Notes: a model not told the origin generated them from the letters alone. A stretch of 34,497 nt of DNA from Verrucomicrobiales bacterium (GCA_031411295.1 JANOAV010000012.1:1-34497), one strand, 5' to 3'. Shown: positions 18,201 to 26,377, counted from the first letter of the stretch. Translations and numbers: made by a program.

Positions 18201-18707
18201 GATACCGAACTCAGCAAGCTCCAGAAGAACCCCAACGTGTCCGTCCGGATGCGCGGTGTGATGGAGAAGTGCACTTACTGCCTGCAACGTGTTGAAGGTG
18301 CTCGCGCCGATGCCCGTTCCAAGGGCCGTAAGAAGGCTGCGCTGGACTCCGGTAAATTCGACGAAACCTTGGAAGTCACTAACGAACAAATTCGGATCCC
18401 GACCGACAGCCTCAAAGTCGCCTGTCAGCAAGCCTGTCCGGCCGATGCCATTATGTTCGGCAACCTGGCCGACGACAAGAGCACGATCAACCAGTGGAAA
18501 AAGAACAGCCGGAACTACGAACTGCTCAGCTACCTGGCCATCAAGACCCGCACCAGTTATCTGGCCCGGATCAAGAACCCGAACACGGCTCTGCTGGAGC
18601 GCGTGAGCTACGAGAAGAAGAAAGCCGGCAACGCCAGCAAACTTCACGTCGGCCACACAGTGCATCACACCGAAGGCACTGGCCACCCAGCGCCTACCAA
18701 GCACTAA
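15243..18707 (+). CDS. actB: Alternative complex III subunit ActB (Tat-exported molybdopterin-oxidoreductase-like domain fused to an Fe-S domain)
   Basis: YWRSLSE leader, internal Tat motif SRRDFLKLMGAS and lipobox-like LAAC. Fe-S motifs CIGCSTCLVAC, CQQCESAPCETVCP, CIGTRYCANNCP, MEKCTYC and ACQQACP; also GREMHWIRMDRYF. Confidence 0.93.
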   Translation: MKRVVIHPEESQTGKRYWRSLSEFERNPAFQTKLEREFQEGQAEMKSDDEREASRRDFLKLMGASTALAGLAACRRPETYIKPYAKSPEWVIPGKALFYATSMPRQGGATPLVVTSFEGRPTHLAGNSLHPESNGSVDIYAQASVLDLYDPDRAKTFTSGGKKASKEDFIKALGEKKKALAAAGGKGLAILLDENNSPTRARLVGELKKKFAAAKIYKYEALAPVGATAAMKQAFGDGVIPVYHLEKADRILSLDCDFMGLDRIGNNSTSDFMKGRKAELESDPMNRLYVAEARYSMTGGLADHRLRVASSQIFKVASELATALGVTGGKGGEMGHPDAKAWIEEAAKDLKEAKGKAVVLAGNSQPAEVHLLVAAINNALGAFGTIIELKQGEKSDAGTLADLSKDLESGITHVLAITEADPAFDAPADLKFADKLKKAKTVLVSTRHRTATARLAEWVVPATHYLEQWGDVRSTDGTYSIVQPMILPLFGGLSDIDVLNLLLDDSKDGDVAKALLTPVSMAPAPLGVVEDPGAAMKAVRATFDLVAAAAPNKDDAWNFTLRDGFLGKSAYPAATAAFNAAALAALASYKDLAAPSAAAPEVIFTPCAKVYDGRYINNGWLQEAPDPVSKVTWDNCAMVSVKTAKALGVKRAFLSIDVEAAVISVVVNGVTKELPVVVVPGTAENCVVVNVGYGQGTGDSGPGLVGNGTGTNVWDLRTTASPTFATAKVSLTEKTSPLALTQEHSSMYGRDLVREGTQEDWKHNADFVLEMGSDSHVQGTRAEKKAQQDYTFYKPVGDKDKDGNRIPHLNDELHQWGMVIDLNRCIGCSTCLVACQSENNIPIVGKEQVIRGREMHWIRMDRYFATDLDEEVNPEGSFFLTGNKDVWEEDFMDEPEMVVQPVGCQQCESAPCETVCPVNATVHSPDGLNLMVYNRCIGTRYCANNCPFKARRFNFFDYNKRNPLVKSDKLGFEHGNLYDGPLGQRWDTELSKLQKNPNVSVRMRGVMEKCTYCLQRVEGARADARSKGRKKAALDSGKFDETLEVTNEQIRIPTDSLKVACQQACPADAIMFGNLADDKSTINQWKKNSRNYELLSYLAIKTRTSYLARIKNPNTALLERVSYEKKKAGNASKLHVGHTVHHTEGTGHPAPTKH

Positions 18708-18720
18708 TAACTCATCTCGC

Positions 18721-18754
18721 AAAAATGGCGGAACGAAAGTTCCGCCATTTTTTT
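18721..18754 (+). terminator. Strong, probably bidirectional, Rho-independent terminator after actB
   Basis: AAAAATGGCGGAAC-GAAA-GTTCCGCCATTTTT(TT): perfect 14-bp inverted repeat, GNRA loop and T7 tract, starting 14 nt after the actB stop. Confidence 0.9.
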
Positions 18755-18774
18755 GATCCATATCCGCCACCCCT

Positions 18775-20040
18775 ATGTTAAATCCGTCCACCCAAGGTTT
18801 CAGCCGTCGTTGGTTGCTCTCATTCATTTTGGCCGGAAGCGCGCCAGGGCCATCCGCGCTCCAGGCGCAGGCGAACTCCAGCACCGCACCACTCATGGCC
18901 TATGTGGGGACCTACAGTTCGCCACTCAAAAACATGAAGGCCACCCAGGTGGATTTGCCGCCGGGGAACGGCCGCGGGATTCATTTGTTTACTGCGGATC
19001 GCACCACTGGAGCCCTCACGCCCGCCGGAGTCTATGAAATGGGCACCAGCCCCAGTTGCTTGGCACTCAACGCCAGCAAGACCCATTTGTATTCTGCCAA
19101 TGAAACGGAGCGGCTGGGGGACACTGAAGCGGGCTCCATCAGCGCGTTTGTCATCAACCAGACGGACGGGCAGCTAAAACTCCTCAACACCGTGAGTTCC
19201 GGAGGCAAGGGTCCAGCGCATCTCAGCGTCCATCCTTCTGGAAAGTTTGTGCTCGTTGCCAACTATTTCGGTGGTTCGGTAGCGGTGCTTCCCATCCTAG
19301 CCGATGGCAGTCTGGGAGCTGCCACCGACCTCAAGCAAGACAGCGGAACCGTGGGCCCGAAAAAGGCCACCAGTGCCCCGCCTGGCAGCTTTGCCTTCAG
19401 CGGCCATGATCAAACCCACGCCCATATGATTGAGGCTGATCCATCCGGACGCTATGTTTTCTCGGTCGATCTGGGATTGGATGCAATCTTCAGTTGGAAG
19501 TTCGACGACCAGAAAGGCTTGCTAACCCCTAACGATCCGCCCTCCGTGCACCTCCCCCCGGGCGATGGCCCGCGGCACTTCACCTTCCATCCCAACGCCC
19601 GGTGGTTCTACTCCTTGCAAGAGGAAGGCTCCACCATCGCCCACTTCGACTATGATCAGGCCAAGGGCCAGCTCAAGGCGCAGCAGACCATCTCCAGCCT
19701 CCCACCTGGGTTTGCGGGCAGCAGTTTCGCTTCCGAAATCCTGGCCTCCGCCGATGGTAAATTTATCTACGCCGACAACCGACTCCACGACAGCATCGCG
19801 ATCTTTGGGGTGGGGGACAGGGGTCGCCTAACTTTCGTTGGCGAAGAGTGGTCCCACGGCAACTATCCCCGCAGTTTTCAATTCGATCCCACCGGCACCT
19901 TCCTCTACTGCTGCAATCAGCGAGGCGACAACATTACCAGTTTCCGCGTGGATCAAAAAACGGGAATGTTAACCTTTACCGGAAATTACACCGCCGTCGG
20001 CAATCCCTCCATCATCGTATTTAAAGCATTGGCTAAATAG
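18775..20040 (+). CDS. Lactonase-family beta-propeller protein (6-phosphogluconolactonase, YbhE/Pgl-like), probably exported
   Basis: AYVGTYS, GPAHLSVHPSGKFVLVANYFGGSVAVLP, HAHMI, GDGPRHFTFHP, NRLHDSI and YPRSF. The N-terminus carries SRRWLL followed by a hydrophobic segment. Confidence 0.9.
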   Translation: MLNPSTQGFSRRWLLSFILAGSAPGPSALQAQANSSTAPLMAYVGTYSSPLKNMKATQVDLPPGNGRGIHLFTADRTTGALTPAGVYEMGTSPSCLALNASKTHLYSANETERLGDTEAGSISAFVINQTDGQLKLLNTVSSGGKGPAHLSVHPSGKFVLVANYFGGSVAVLPILADGSLGAATDLKQDSGTVGPKKATSAPPGSFAFSGHDQTHAHMIEADPSGRYVFSVDLGLDAIFSWKFDDQKGLLTPNDPPSVHLPPGDGPRHFTFHPNARWFYSLQEEGSTIAHFDYDQAKGQLKAQQTISSLPPGFAGSSFASEILASADGKFIYADNRLHDSIAIFGVGDRGRLTFVGEEWSHGNYPRSFQFDPTGTFLYCCNQRGDNITSFRVDQKTGMLTFTGNYTAVGNPSIIVFKALAK

Positions 20041-20042
20041 CC

Positions 20043-20122
20043 GTGGCATGGGCGTCCCGCCCATCAGCCAAACACCCATCAGCCGCAAGCTCCGAGGCCA
20101 ATGGGCGGGACGCCCATGCCAC
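20043..20122. repeat. REP-like inverted doublet (REPIN-type)
   Basis: GTGGCATGGGCGTCCCGCCCAT (20043-20064) and its perfect 22-bp reverse complement (20101-20122), separated by 36 nt. Each arm starts with GTGG and holds an internal hairpin ATGGGC/GCCCAT. Confidence 0.8.
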
Positions 20123-20277
20123 AAATTGCAGGGACTTTAGAAATTGAACGGAATGCCCCCTGTCGATGTCCAAAATCAGCGATGCCCCGGTTCCGCAGAT
20201 TTGCACCCGCTTGCACTTGCAAATTGTGCTTCGGGCTGGTTCTTCTCCACTCTCCTTTTTGCTGAAACAATTTTCTT

Positions 20278-21681
20278 ATGGCGGTCTTCATTTATACAGC
20301 TCTCAAACGCGACGGATCCATCTCCAATGGGGAATTGACCGCCAATGACCGTGCGGATGCGTTCCGACGCCTGGATCGCAATGGTTTGCAGCCAGTTTCG
20401 CTGAAGCCCAAGGATGGGGCCGCCGCGGCTCCTGCTCCAGCCGCAGCAGCAGCCAAACCCGTTAAAGCTGGCAAAGCAGAGACTCCGGCTCCCGCTGCTG
20501 CTCCAACGAGTGACAAACCTGCCAAAATAGAAGCGCCCAACAAGGCGGCTCTGGCGAAGGCCAGCGCCAAGGCGACCAAGGTGGCCGAGGCCAAAATGGA
20601 TGCGGTGGCCAAGGCGGACAACTCTTTGCCCAAGGGGCCAGTGAAGCTGAATCGGAAGCAAATCATTATGTTTACCGAGGAACTCAGCGATCTGCTCAGT
20701 GCCGGTCTCCAGTTGGAACCAGCCCTGCGGATTATGGAGAGTCGCGATGAGCTTTCTGCGCTGAAAGACGTGACCATCATTCTGCGGCAACGGATTCGGG
20801 ACGGCGGCAGTTTCTCCAGTGCGCTGCGGGAGTCTTCCAAGAACTTTGGCGACCTCTATTGCAACATGGCTGCCGCCGGTGAAATCTCTGGTGCGCTGTC
20901 GAAAATTCTGCGTCGCCAAGCGGAATACATGACCACGATTCAGGAGCTGCAGGGCAAGGTGACCACGGCCATGATTTATCCCGCCTTCCTCATGGTGGCG
21001 GGCGTTGGCGTGGGCTTCCTGTTTGTGACGAACTTGATTCCACAATTGGCTGCCCTGCTGAAATCCATGGGCAAACCGATGCCCCTGCCAGCACGCATTT
21101 TACAGGGTGCCACCGATTGGTTTGGCACCTGGTGGTGGGCAGTGTTCATGCTGATTGGGCTGGCCATCTGGGGGTTCAATCAGCTCGTGGAAATGCCGCA
21201 ATATAAGGAGAAATGGCACCAGAAGAAATTGGGGCTGCCGTTCTTCGGTCCCCTGCTGCGCTCCCGATTCTACGTGCAGATGTTGGAGACCCTCGCAAAC
21301 TTGGTGGGCAATGGCTTGCCGATGATGCGGGCCTTGGAGTTGACGCGGGATGCCACGGTGAACCTCCATTTGAAGAGCCTGCTGAGCAAGGTTACGGGCA
21401 TGGTGGGTGAAGGTGGATCCCTTTCCAAGGCCTTTAAGAAAGTGGACTTTTTCCCGCCCCTCCTAACAGATATGGTGGCCGTCGGGGAACAAACGGGTGA
21501 TATTCAGCACTCGCTGGAACGCACCGCCATGCGGTATGACAAGGAATTGCAAAATGTGATCGACCGTGTCAGCGCCTTGGTGCAGCCTGCCATCATTGTG
21601 ATCATGGCCGTCCTGGTGGGGACCATGGCTTACATGATGATCAGCGTGATCATGGATTCCGTTGGCAGCATGAAACGATAA
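20278..21681 (+). CDS. Type II secretion / type IV pilus platform protein (GspF/PilC family)
   Basis: MAVFIYTAL...GELTA N-terminus, then FTEELSDLLSAGL, LYCNMAAAGEISGAL, AMIYP, MVAVGEQTG and LVQPAII; three TM segments. Confidence 0.92.
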   Translation: MAVFIYTALKRDGSISNGELTANDRADAFRRLDRNGLQPVSLKPKDGAAAAPAPAAAAAKPVKAGKAETPAPAAAPTSDKPAKIEAPNKAALAKASAKATKVAEAKMDAVAKADNSLPKGPVKLNRKQIIMFTEELSDLLSAGLQLEPALRIMESRDELSALKDVTIILRQRIRDGGSFSSALRESSKNFGDLYCNMAAAGEISGALSKILRRQAEYMTTIQELQGKVTTAMIYPAFLMVAGVGVGFLFVTNLIPQLAALLKSMGKPMPLPARILQGATDWFGTWWWAVFMLIGLAIWGFNQLVEMPQYKEKWHQKKLGLPFFGPLLRSRFYVQMLETLANLVGNGLPMMRALELTRDATVNLHLKSLLSKVTGMVGEGGSLSKAFKKVDFFPPLLTDMVAVGEQTGDIQHSLERTAMRYDKELQNVIDRVSALVQPAIIVIMAVLVGTMAYMMISVIMDSVGSMKR

Positions 21682-21738
21682 ATTGCCCGTGGGGGAAATT
21701 TTCGTGATTTAATCTGCAATCGCTGCTAGCCTTCCACC

Positions 21739-22620
21739 ATGCACGATATGGTTTATCTCAACGGCCGGATCCTTCCGCGCGCTGAAGCTCACATTTCTCC
21801 CTTCGACCACGGTTTCACCGTGGGCGACGGCGTCTTCGAATCGCTCATCACCTATGATGGCAAGGCCTTTGGGGTGCGGGAGCATTGGGAGCGCTTGGTA
21901 AACTCGGCTGCGGCCTTGCAGCTTGCCGAGCCGACGCTGGAAGTTTTCGCTCAGGCCATCTCCTCCATGATTGAAGCCAATCAACTGGGCACGGCCCGCC
22001 TCCGTGTCACCCTGACTGGTGGCGAAGCCGCCCTGGGGTCCGATCAATCCGCCCAGAGCCAGCCCACCTTGGTCGTCGCCAGCATGGACGTGCCGCAGCG
22101 CCCACCGCTGGCCAGAACTGCCACCGTCCCCTGGCCGCGCAATGAACGCAGTGCCTTGGCGCAGGTGAAAAGCACCTCCTATGCGGAAAATGTTATCGCG
22201 CTGGCCGCTGCCAAATCCAAGGGGGCCCAGGAGGCACTCCTCGCCAATACCCGAGGGGAGCTTTGTGAAGGCACCGGAAGCAATGTTTTCCTGGTCTTGG
22301 ACGGCCAACTGCACACGCCGCCGCTGGCCAGTGGCTGCCTGCCTGGAGTGACGCGGCATTTTGTGCTCCAACTGTGCGAACAGTTGGGTCTGAAGGTGCA
22401 CCAGACTCCCATTCCCATGGCGCAATTACTCTCTGCAGAGGAAGCCTTCCTAACATCAACGTATCGGGAAATTCAAGCCATCTCGCAGGTGGATGAACTT
22501 CTGCTTCCGGCCGCCCCCGGGCCGATCACGCTCCAGCTTCAGGCGGCCTTTCAGCAGTTGAAAATTTCCTTCGCCTTGCGGGAATTGGATTCGCAGGCTA
22601 TGAGCTTCGTTGATCCTTAA
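21739..22620 (+). CDS. Class IV PLP aminotransferase (branched-chain amino acid aminotransferase / ADC lyase family)
   Basis: ISPFDHGFTVGDGVFES, HWERL, the PLP-lysine context VKSTSY, EGTGSNVF, LPGVTR and EAFLTST. Confidence 0.92.
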   Translation: MHDMVYLNGRILPRAEAHISPFDHGFTVGDGVFESLITYDGKAFGVREHWERLVNSAAALQLAEPTLEVFAQAISSMIEANQLGTARLRVTLTGGEAALGSDQSAQSQPTLVVASMDVPQRPPLARTATVPWPRNERSALAQVKSTSYAENVIALAAAKSKGAQEALLANTRGELCEGTGSNVFLVLDGQLHTPPLASGCLPGVTRHFVLQLCEQLGLKVHQTPIPMAQLLSAEEAFLTSTYREIQAISQVDELLLPAAPGPITLQLQAAFQQLKISFALRELDSQAMSFVDP

Positions 22621-22630
22621 ACCGCCCCCC

Positions 22631-23863
22631 ATGTCATCACCCAAACCCAGCCTTGAGGCCCTGCGTATCGATCGCACCGCCCTGCCCCAGAGATCTTCCA
22701 ATCGTTGGTGGTGGCTGATTCTGTTAGCTCTCGTCTGCGCTGGCGTGGCGGTCTGGTGGGTCACCAAGGATCCAACTTTGGTGGTGAAAACCGCCACCGT
22801 AAAGCTGCAAGCCAGCGGCGGCTCTACTGGCAGCAGCCGCACCTTGCTCAACGCTTCCGGCTACGTGGTTGCCCGCCGTGAGGCCACCGTGTCCTCCAAG
22901 CTCACCGGCAAAGTCATTGAGGTGAATGTCGAGGAAGGCAAAAAAGTGCAAGCAGGAGAAATTATCGCCAAGCTGGATGCTTCCAATGTGGAGACCAGCC
23001 TGCGTCTGGCAGAAGCGCAAGCGGAGGCCGCCAAGTTGGCGCTGGCGGAGATCGAGCCTAACTTAGCGTATGCGCAGGCCGAGTTCAAGCGCCTCTCCAG
23101 CCTGGCTCCCACCAGCGGGGTTAGTCAGACGGAATTGGGTAAAATGGAAGCAGAATTGAAATCGTTCCAAGCCAAGCTGGTGCGGCAATCCGCCGAGGTC
23201 ACGGTGGCCCAGCGCACGGTGGATACTTGGAAACAACAACTGGATGACAACCTCATCCGCGCTCCCTTTACCGGCATCGTCACCACCAAGAACTCTCAGC
23301 CGGGAGAGATGATTTCCCCCATGTCCGCCGGGGGCTTCACCCGCACCGGGATCTGCACCCTGGTTGATATGTCATCGTTGGAAATTGAGGTGGATGTCAG
23401 CGAAAGCTACATCAACCGGGTCCAACCGGGACAGCCAGTGGCGGCCACGTTGGATGCGTATCCAGAGGAGAAATTTCCCGCCAAGGTCATCGCCATCATC
23501 CCCACCGCCGATCGTCAAAAAGCCACGGTGAAAGTTCGCGTTGGCTTCGAAAGAATCGATCCCCGCATGCTGCCGCAGATGGGCGTGAAAGTAGCCTTTC
23601 AAGCCCCCGAGGCCGCGCCCAGCGATGCTCCGGCCCCTGCTGCCCGGATGCTCACGATTCCCAAGTCCGCGGTGCAGCAAGTGGGCGGCAAAGCCCTCGC
23701 CTGGGTCCTCCTGAACGGGAAAGCGGAACGCCGCGCCATCACCATCGGGAGCACCATGGGCGAGGAGTCCACCGTATCCGCTGGTCTGAGTCAGGGCGAA
23801 ATCGTGGTGCTTAATCCACCAGCCGAACTGACTGAAGGAACCAAGCTCTCGGTTGCCAAATGA
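22631..23863 (+). CDS. Efflux periplasmic adaptor subunit (membrane fusion protein, MacA/HlyD-like)
   Basis: N-terminal TM helix, LNASGYVVARREATVSSK, lipoyl half-motifs GKVIEVNVEEG and IRAPFTGIV flanking a coiled coil, IIPTADRQKATVKVRV, GLSQGE. Confidence 0.9.
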   Translation: MSSPKPSLEALRIDRTALPQRSSNRWWWLILLALVCAGVAVWWVTKDPTLVVKTATVKLQASGGSTGSSRTLLNASGYVVARREATVSSKLTGKVIEVNVEEGKKVQAGEIIAKLDASNVETSLRLAEAQAEAAKLALAEIEPNLAYAQAEFKRLSSLAPTSGVSQTELGKMEAELKSFQAKLVRQSAEVTVAQRTVDTWKQQLDDNLIRAPFTGIVTTKNSQPGEMISPMSAGGFTRTGICTLVDMSSLEIEVDVSESYINRVQPGQPVAATLDAYPEEKFPAKVIAIIPTADRQKATVKVRVGFERIDPRMLPQMGVKVAFQAPEAAPSDAPAPAARMLTIPKSAVQQVGGKALAWVLLNGKAERRAITIGSTMGEESTVSAGLSQGEIVVLNPPAELTEGTKLSVAK

Positions 23864-23888
23864 TGAAGCTTCCTTGCTGCTCTTCGCC

Positions 23889-25391
23889 ATGTCCTTTCAC
23901 CTCGTCCCCCGTTCCCTCAAGTATCGCCTCCTTCTGGCGCTATTGGTTGGCATGGTGTTGATCGAAGCCGCAGCGAACTATTTGGCCTATCGGTTAATGG
24001 AGCGGCACGCTTGGGAGGAGTTTGATCGGACTTTGGCGGATAAAGTCCGTTTCTACGCCTCCACCTGGGTCTTCGACAGACGCGGCATTCCCTCTTGGCG
24101 TATGGGTCAGGCCGATTGGGATCGCGTCCTGGACCTCAAGGATCCGGACTACTGGCAAGCCCGCTACCCCGCGCCCGATGGTCGCAGCATCCATCGGTTT
24201 AAGACTCTCAAGGGCAAGGATCTGCCGTCCATTGGCACCGAAGGGAGCGGAATTTCCTATCAAGACCTCACGTTGCCGAACGGGAAATTCGGTCGCGCGG
24301 CCGGAACCATCGAAGTGGTGAAACAATATCTGGAGCAGACCCCGGAAGGGGAAATCAACACCCGTGGAGAGTTCCGCCTGCAGCCCGTCCAGATTGTGGT
24401 GGCGCGCAGTGGAGACGCGGTGGAACAGACCCTCCGGGAGGTGCGCTGGCGGCTCTTGGCAGCCTCGGTGGCTGGCACGCTGGCCTTGTTAGGGTCCGCT
24501 TACCTCATCATTCGGCGGAATTTCCGCACCGCGGGCGACCTCACCCGGCAGATCGACGCCATGAGCCTGACTGATACCCAGGATCGCTTCGCGCTGCCCG
24601 GGGCGCCCTTGGAATTGGAGAAAGTAGTCGGCCGACTGAATGCGCTGATGGATCGGGTCACGGGAGCCATCGAAAATGAGCGTCAATTCACCTCGAATGC
24701 CGCCCATGAATTACGCACGCCGCTGGCGGGAATGCGCTCTGCGATTGACCTGGCGCTCACCCGCACCCGCACGGTGGAGGAATATGAGGATACGTTATTT
24801 AAACTAAAGGAAATGCAATGGAAGCTGCAGCAGCTCACAGAAAATCTCCTCCTCCTGGCGCGGCTTGATTCTGGTCAACGTGAATTTGGCCAGGAAGAAA
24901 GCAGCCTACGGCAATTCCTCCGCACCGTTTGGAAACCGTTCTTCGATCTCGCTGGCGACAAGGAATTGAACATCGCCTGGAAAGTGGAGGACACCGGCAC
25001 CCCGCTGTTGCTGCCCACCAAGCTGCTGGAAATTGTGCTGCGCAACCTGTTCCAAAATGCGGTGGAGTATTCCCCCATTGGTGGCCGCATCGAAATCAGC
25101 GGTCACGTGGCTGCGGGCATTTGCTCCATCCAAGTGACGAATCCGAATCCCGGCCTGGAACCAGGGCAACTGGAACAATTATTCCAACGCTTTTGGCGGG
25201 CGGATCAAAGCGGGAACCCCAACTCCTCCAGTGTGGGGATTGGGCTCTCCCTCTGCAAAAGGATCATGGACGTGCTGGGAGGCACCATTTCCGCTGAACT
25301 AACAGCCGAGAATCAAGTGGCACTGCGCTGTAGCTTTCCGTTGCCTATTAGCTCCAGCTCCATCAAATGTGACGAAATCGTAACACTGTGA
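23889..25391 (+). CDS. Membrane sensor histidine kinase (2 TM, periplasmic domain, HAMP, HisKA, HATPase; CusS/QseC-like)
   Basis: H-box FTSNAAHELRTPLA, N-box NLFQNAVEYS, F-box LFQRFWR and G2-box GIGLSL. The start was set to the ATG at 23889. Confidence 0.9.
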   Translation: MSFHLVPRSLKYRLLLALLVGMVLIEAAANYLAYRLMERHAWEEFDRTLADKVRFYASTWVFDRRGIPSWRMGQADWDRVLDLKDPDYWQARYPAPDGRSIHRFKTLKGKDLPSIGTEGSGISYQDLTLPNGKFGRAAGTIEVVKQYLEQTPEGEINTRGEFRLQPVQIVVARSGDAVEQTLREVRWRLLAASVAGTLALLGSAYLIIRRNFRTAGDLTRQIDAMSLTDTQDRFALPGAPLELEKVVGRLNALMDRVTGAIENERQFTSNAAHELRTPLAGMRSAIDLALTRTRTVEEYEDTLFKLKEMQWKLQQLTENLLLLARLDSGQREFGQEESSLRQFLRTVWKPFFDLAGDKELNIAWKVEDTGTPLLLPTKLLEIVLRNLFQNAVEYSPIGGRIEISGHVAAGICSIQVTNPNPGLEPGQLEQLFQRFWRADQSGNPNSSSVGIGLSLCKRIMDVLGGTISAELTAENQVALRCSFPLPISSSSIKCDEIVTL

Positions 25392-25403
25392 CGAAACTGC
25401 CAC
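25368..25403 (+). promoter_or_regulatory. Putative PhoB/OmpR-family binding repeats upstream of pstS
   Basis: TGTGAC-gaaat-CGTAAC and TGTGAC-gaaac-TGCCAC form two half-site pairs, each at 11-nt spacing. TGTGACGAAA is repeated exactly (25368, 25387). The site lies ~110-145 nt upstream of pstS. Confidence 0.5.
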
Positions 25404-25513
25404 TCTAGAAACTTCGACCTTTGCGTCAGATGCACGCAATGTCGCTGCGTTCGCCTGCCAAATCATTCGGGTGATAAACCAACCACACTTAAAAACAACC
25501 CTATCTGACATTT

Positions 25514-26377
25514 ATGTCCTCACGCTCTCTCTTACTCTCCCTAGCATTGCTCGTTGGCGGCCTCACCTCCTGTGGCAAAAAGGCCGATGGCAAAGCTTCA
25601 TTGAAAATGTCCGGCTCCACCACCCTGGCCCCGCTGGCCACGGTGTGGGCTGAAGCCTATGCCAAAGTCCACCCGGACGTGGCCATCAGCGTTTCCGCTG
25701 GCGGTTCTGGCGGCGGCATTACGGACCTCATCGAAGGCCGTAACGATATCTGTAACTCCAGCAAGCCGATGCCGGAAGAAGATAAAAAGAAGGTGAAAGA
25801 CAAATATGGTAAAGATGCCTTCGAAGTAGCGGTGGCCTACGATGCGCTAGCCGTCTTCGTCAACAAGTCGAATCCCATCACGGAAATCTCCTTCGACCAA
25901 CTCAAGGAAATTTACAAGGATGGTTCCACCGTCAACACTTGGGCCCAAGTCGCTCCCGGCGGCCTGGCCACGGATCTCAAAGTGCTGAGCCGCGAAACCA
26001 ACTCCGGCACGGGCGAATATTTCAACGATACCATCGTTGGCAAAAAAGCCAAAATCCGCGCAGGCATGGGCGAAATGAACAGTTCCCAAGCCGTCATCGA
26101 TACGCTGAAAAACACCGCTAACGCCATCGCGTATGACGGCATGGCCTTCGCCACTGCTGATGTGAAAATGCTCAACGTCAGCAAGAAGACTGGCGAACCC
26201 GCCGTGGCTCCTTCCGCAGACGATGCGCGTTCCGGCAAATATCCGCTTGCCCGCAAACTTTATTTCTACACGGTGGGCGAGCCCACGGGTGAGGCCAAGA
26301 AGTTCATCGACTGGGTCCTCTCCCCCGAAGGCCAAGCGATCATCACATCTTCGAAACTTGCTGTTTCCCTGAAGTAA
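25514..26377 (+). CDS. pstS: Phosphate ABC transporter substrate-binding lipoprotein PstS
   Basis: Lipobox LTSC, SGSTT, GGSGGGI, VAYDALAVFVN, SRETNSGT and YPLARKLY; first gene of the pst cluster. Confidence 0.92.
   Translation: MSSRSLLLSLALLVGGLTSCGKKADGKASLKMSGSTTLAPLATVWAEAYAKVHPDVAISVSAGGSGGGITDLIEGRNDICNSSKPMPEEDKKKVKDKYGKDAFEVAVAYDALAVFVNKSNPITEISFDQLKEIYKDGSTVNTWAQVAPGGLATDLKVLSRETNSGTGEYFNDTIVGKKAKIRAGMGEMNSSQAVIDTLKNTANAIAYDGMAFATADVKMLNVSKKTGEPAVAPSADDARSGKYPLARKLYFYTVGEPTGEAKKFIDWVLSPEGQAIITSSKLAVSLK

Noticed and set aside
16743..18896. 717-aa minus-strand ORF
   Set aside because: It is antisense to actB and has no recognisable motifs. It is best explained as a shadow ORF from GC-rich codon bias.
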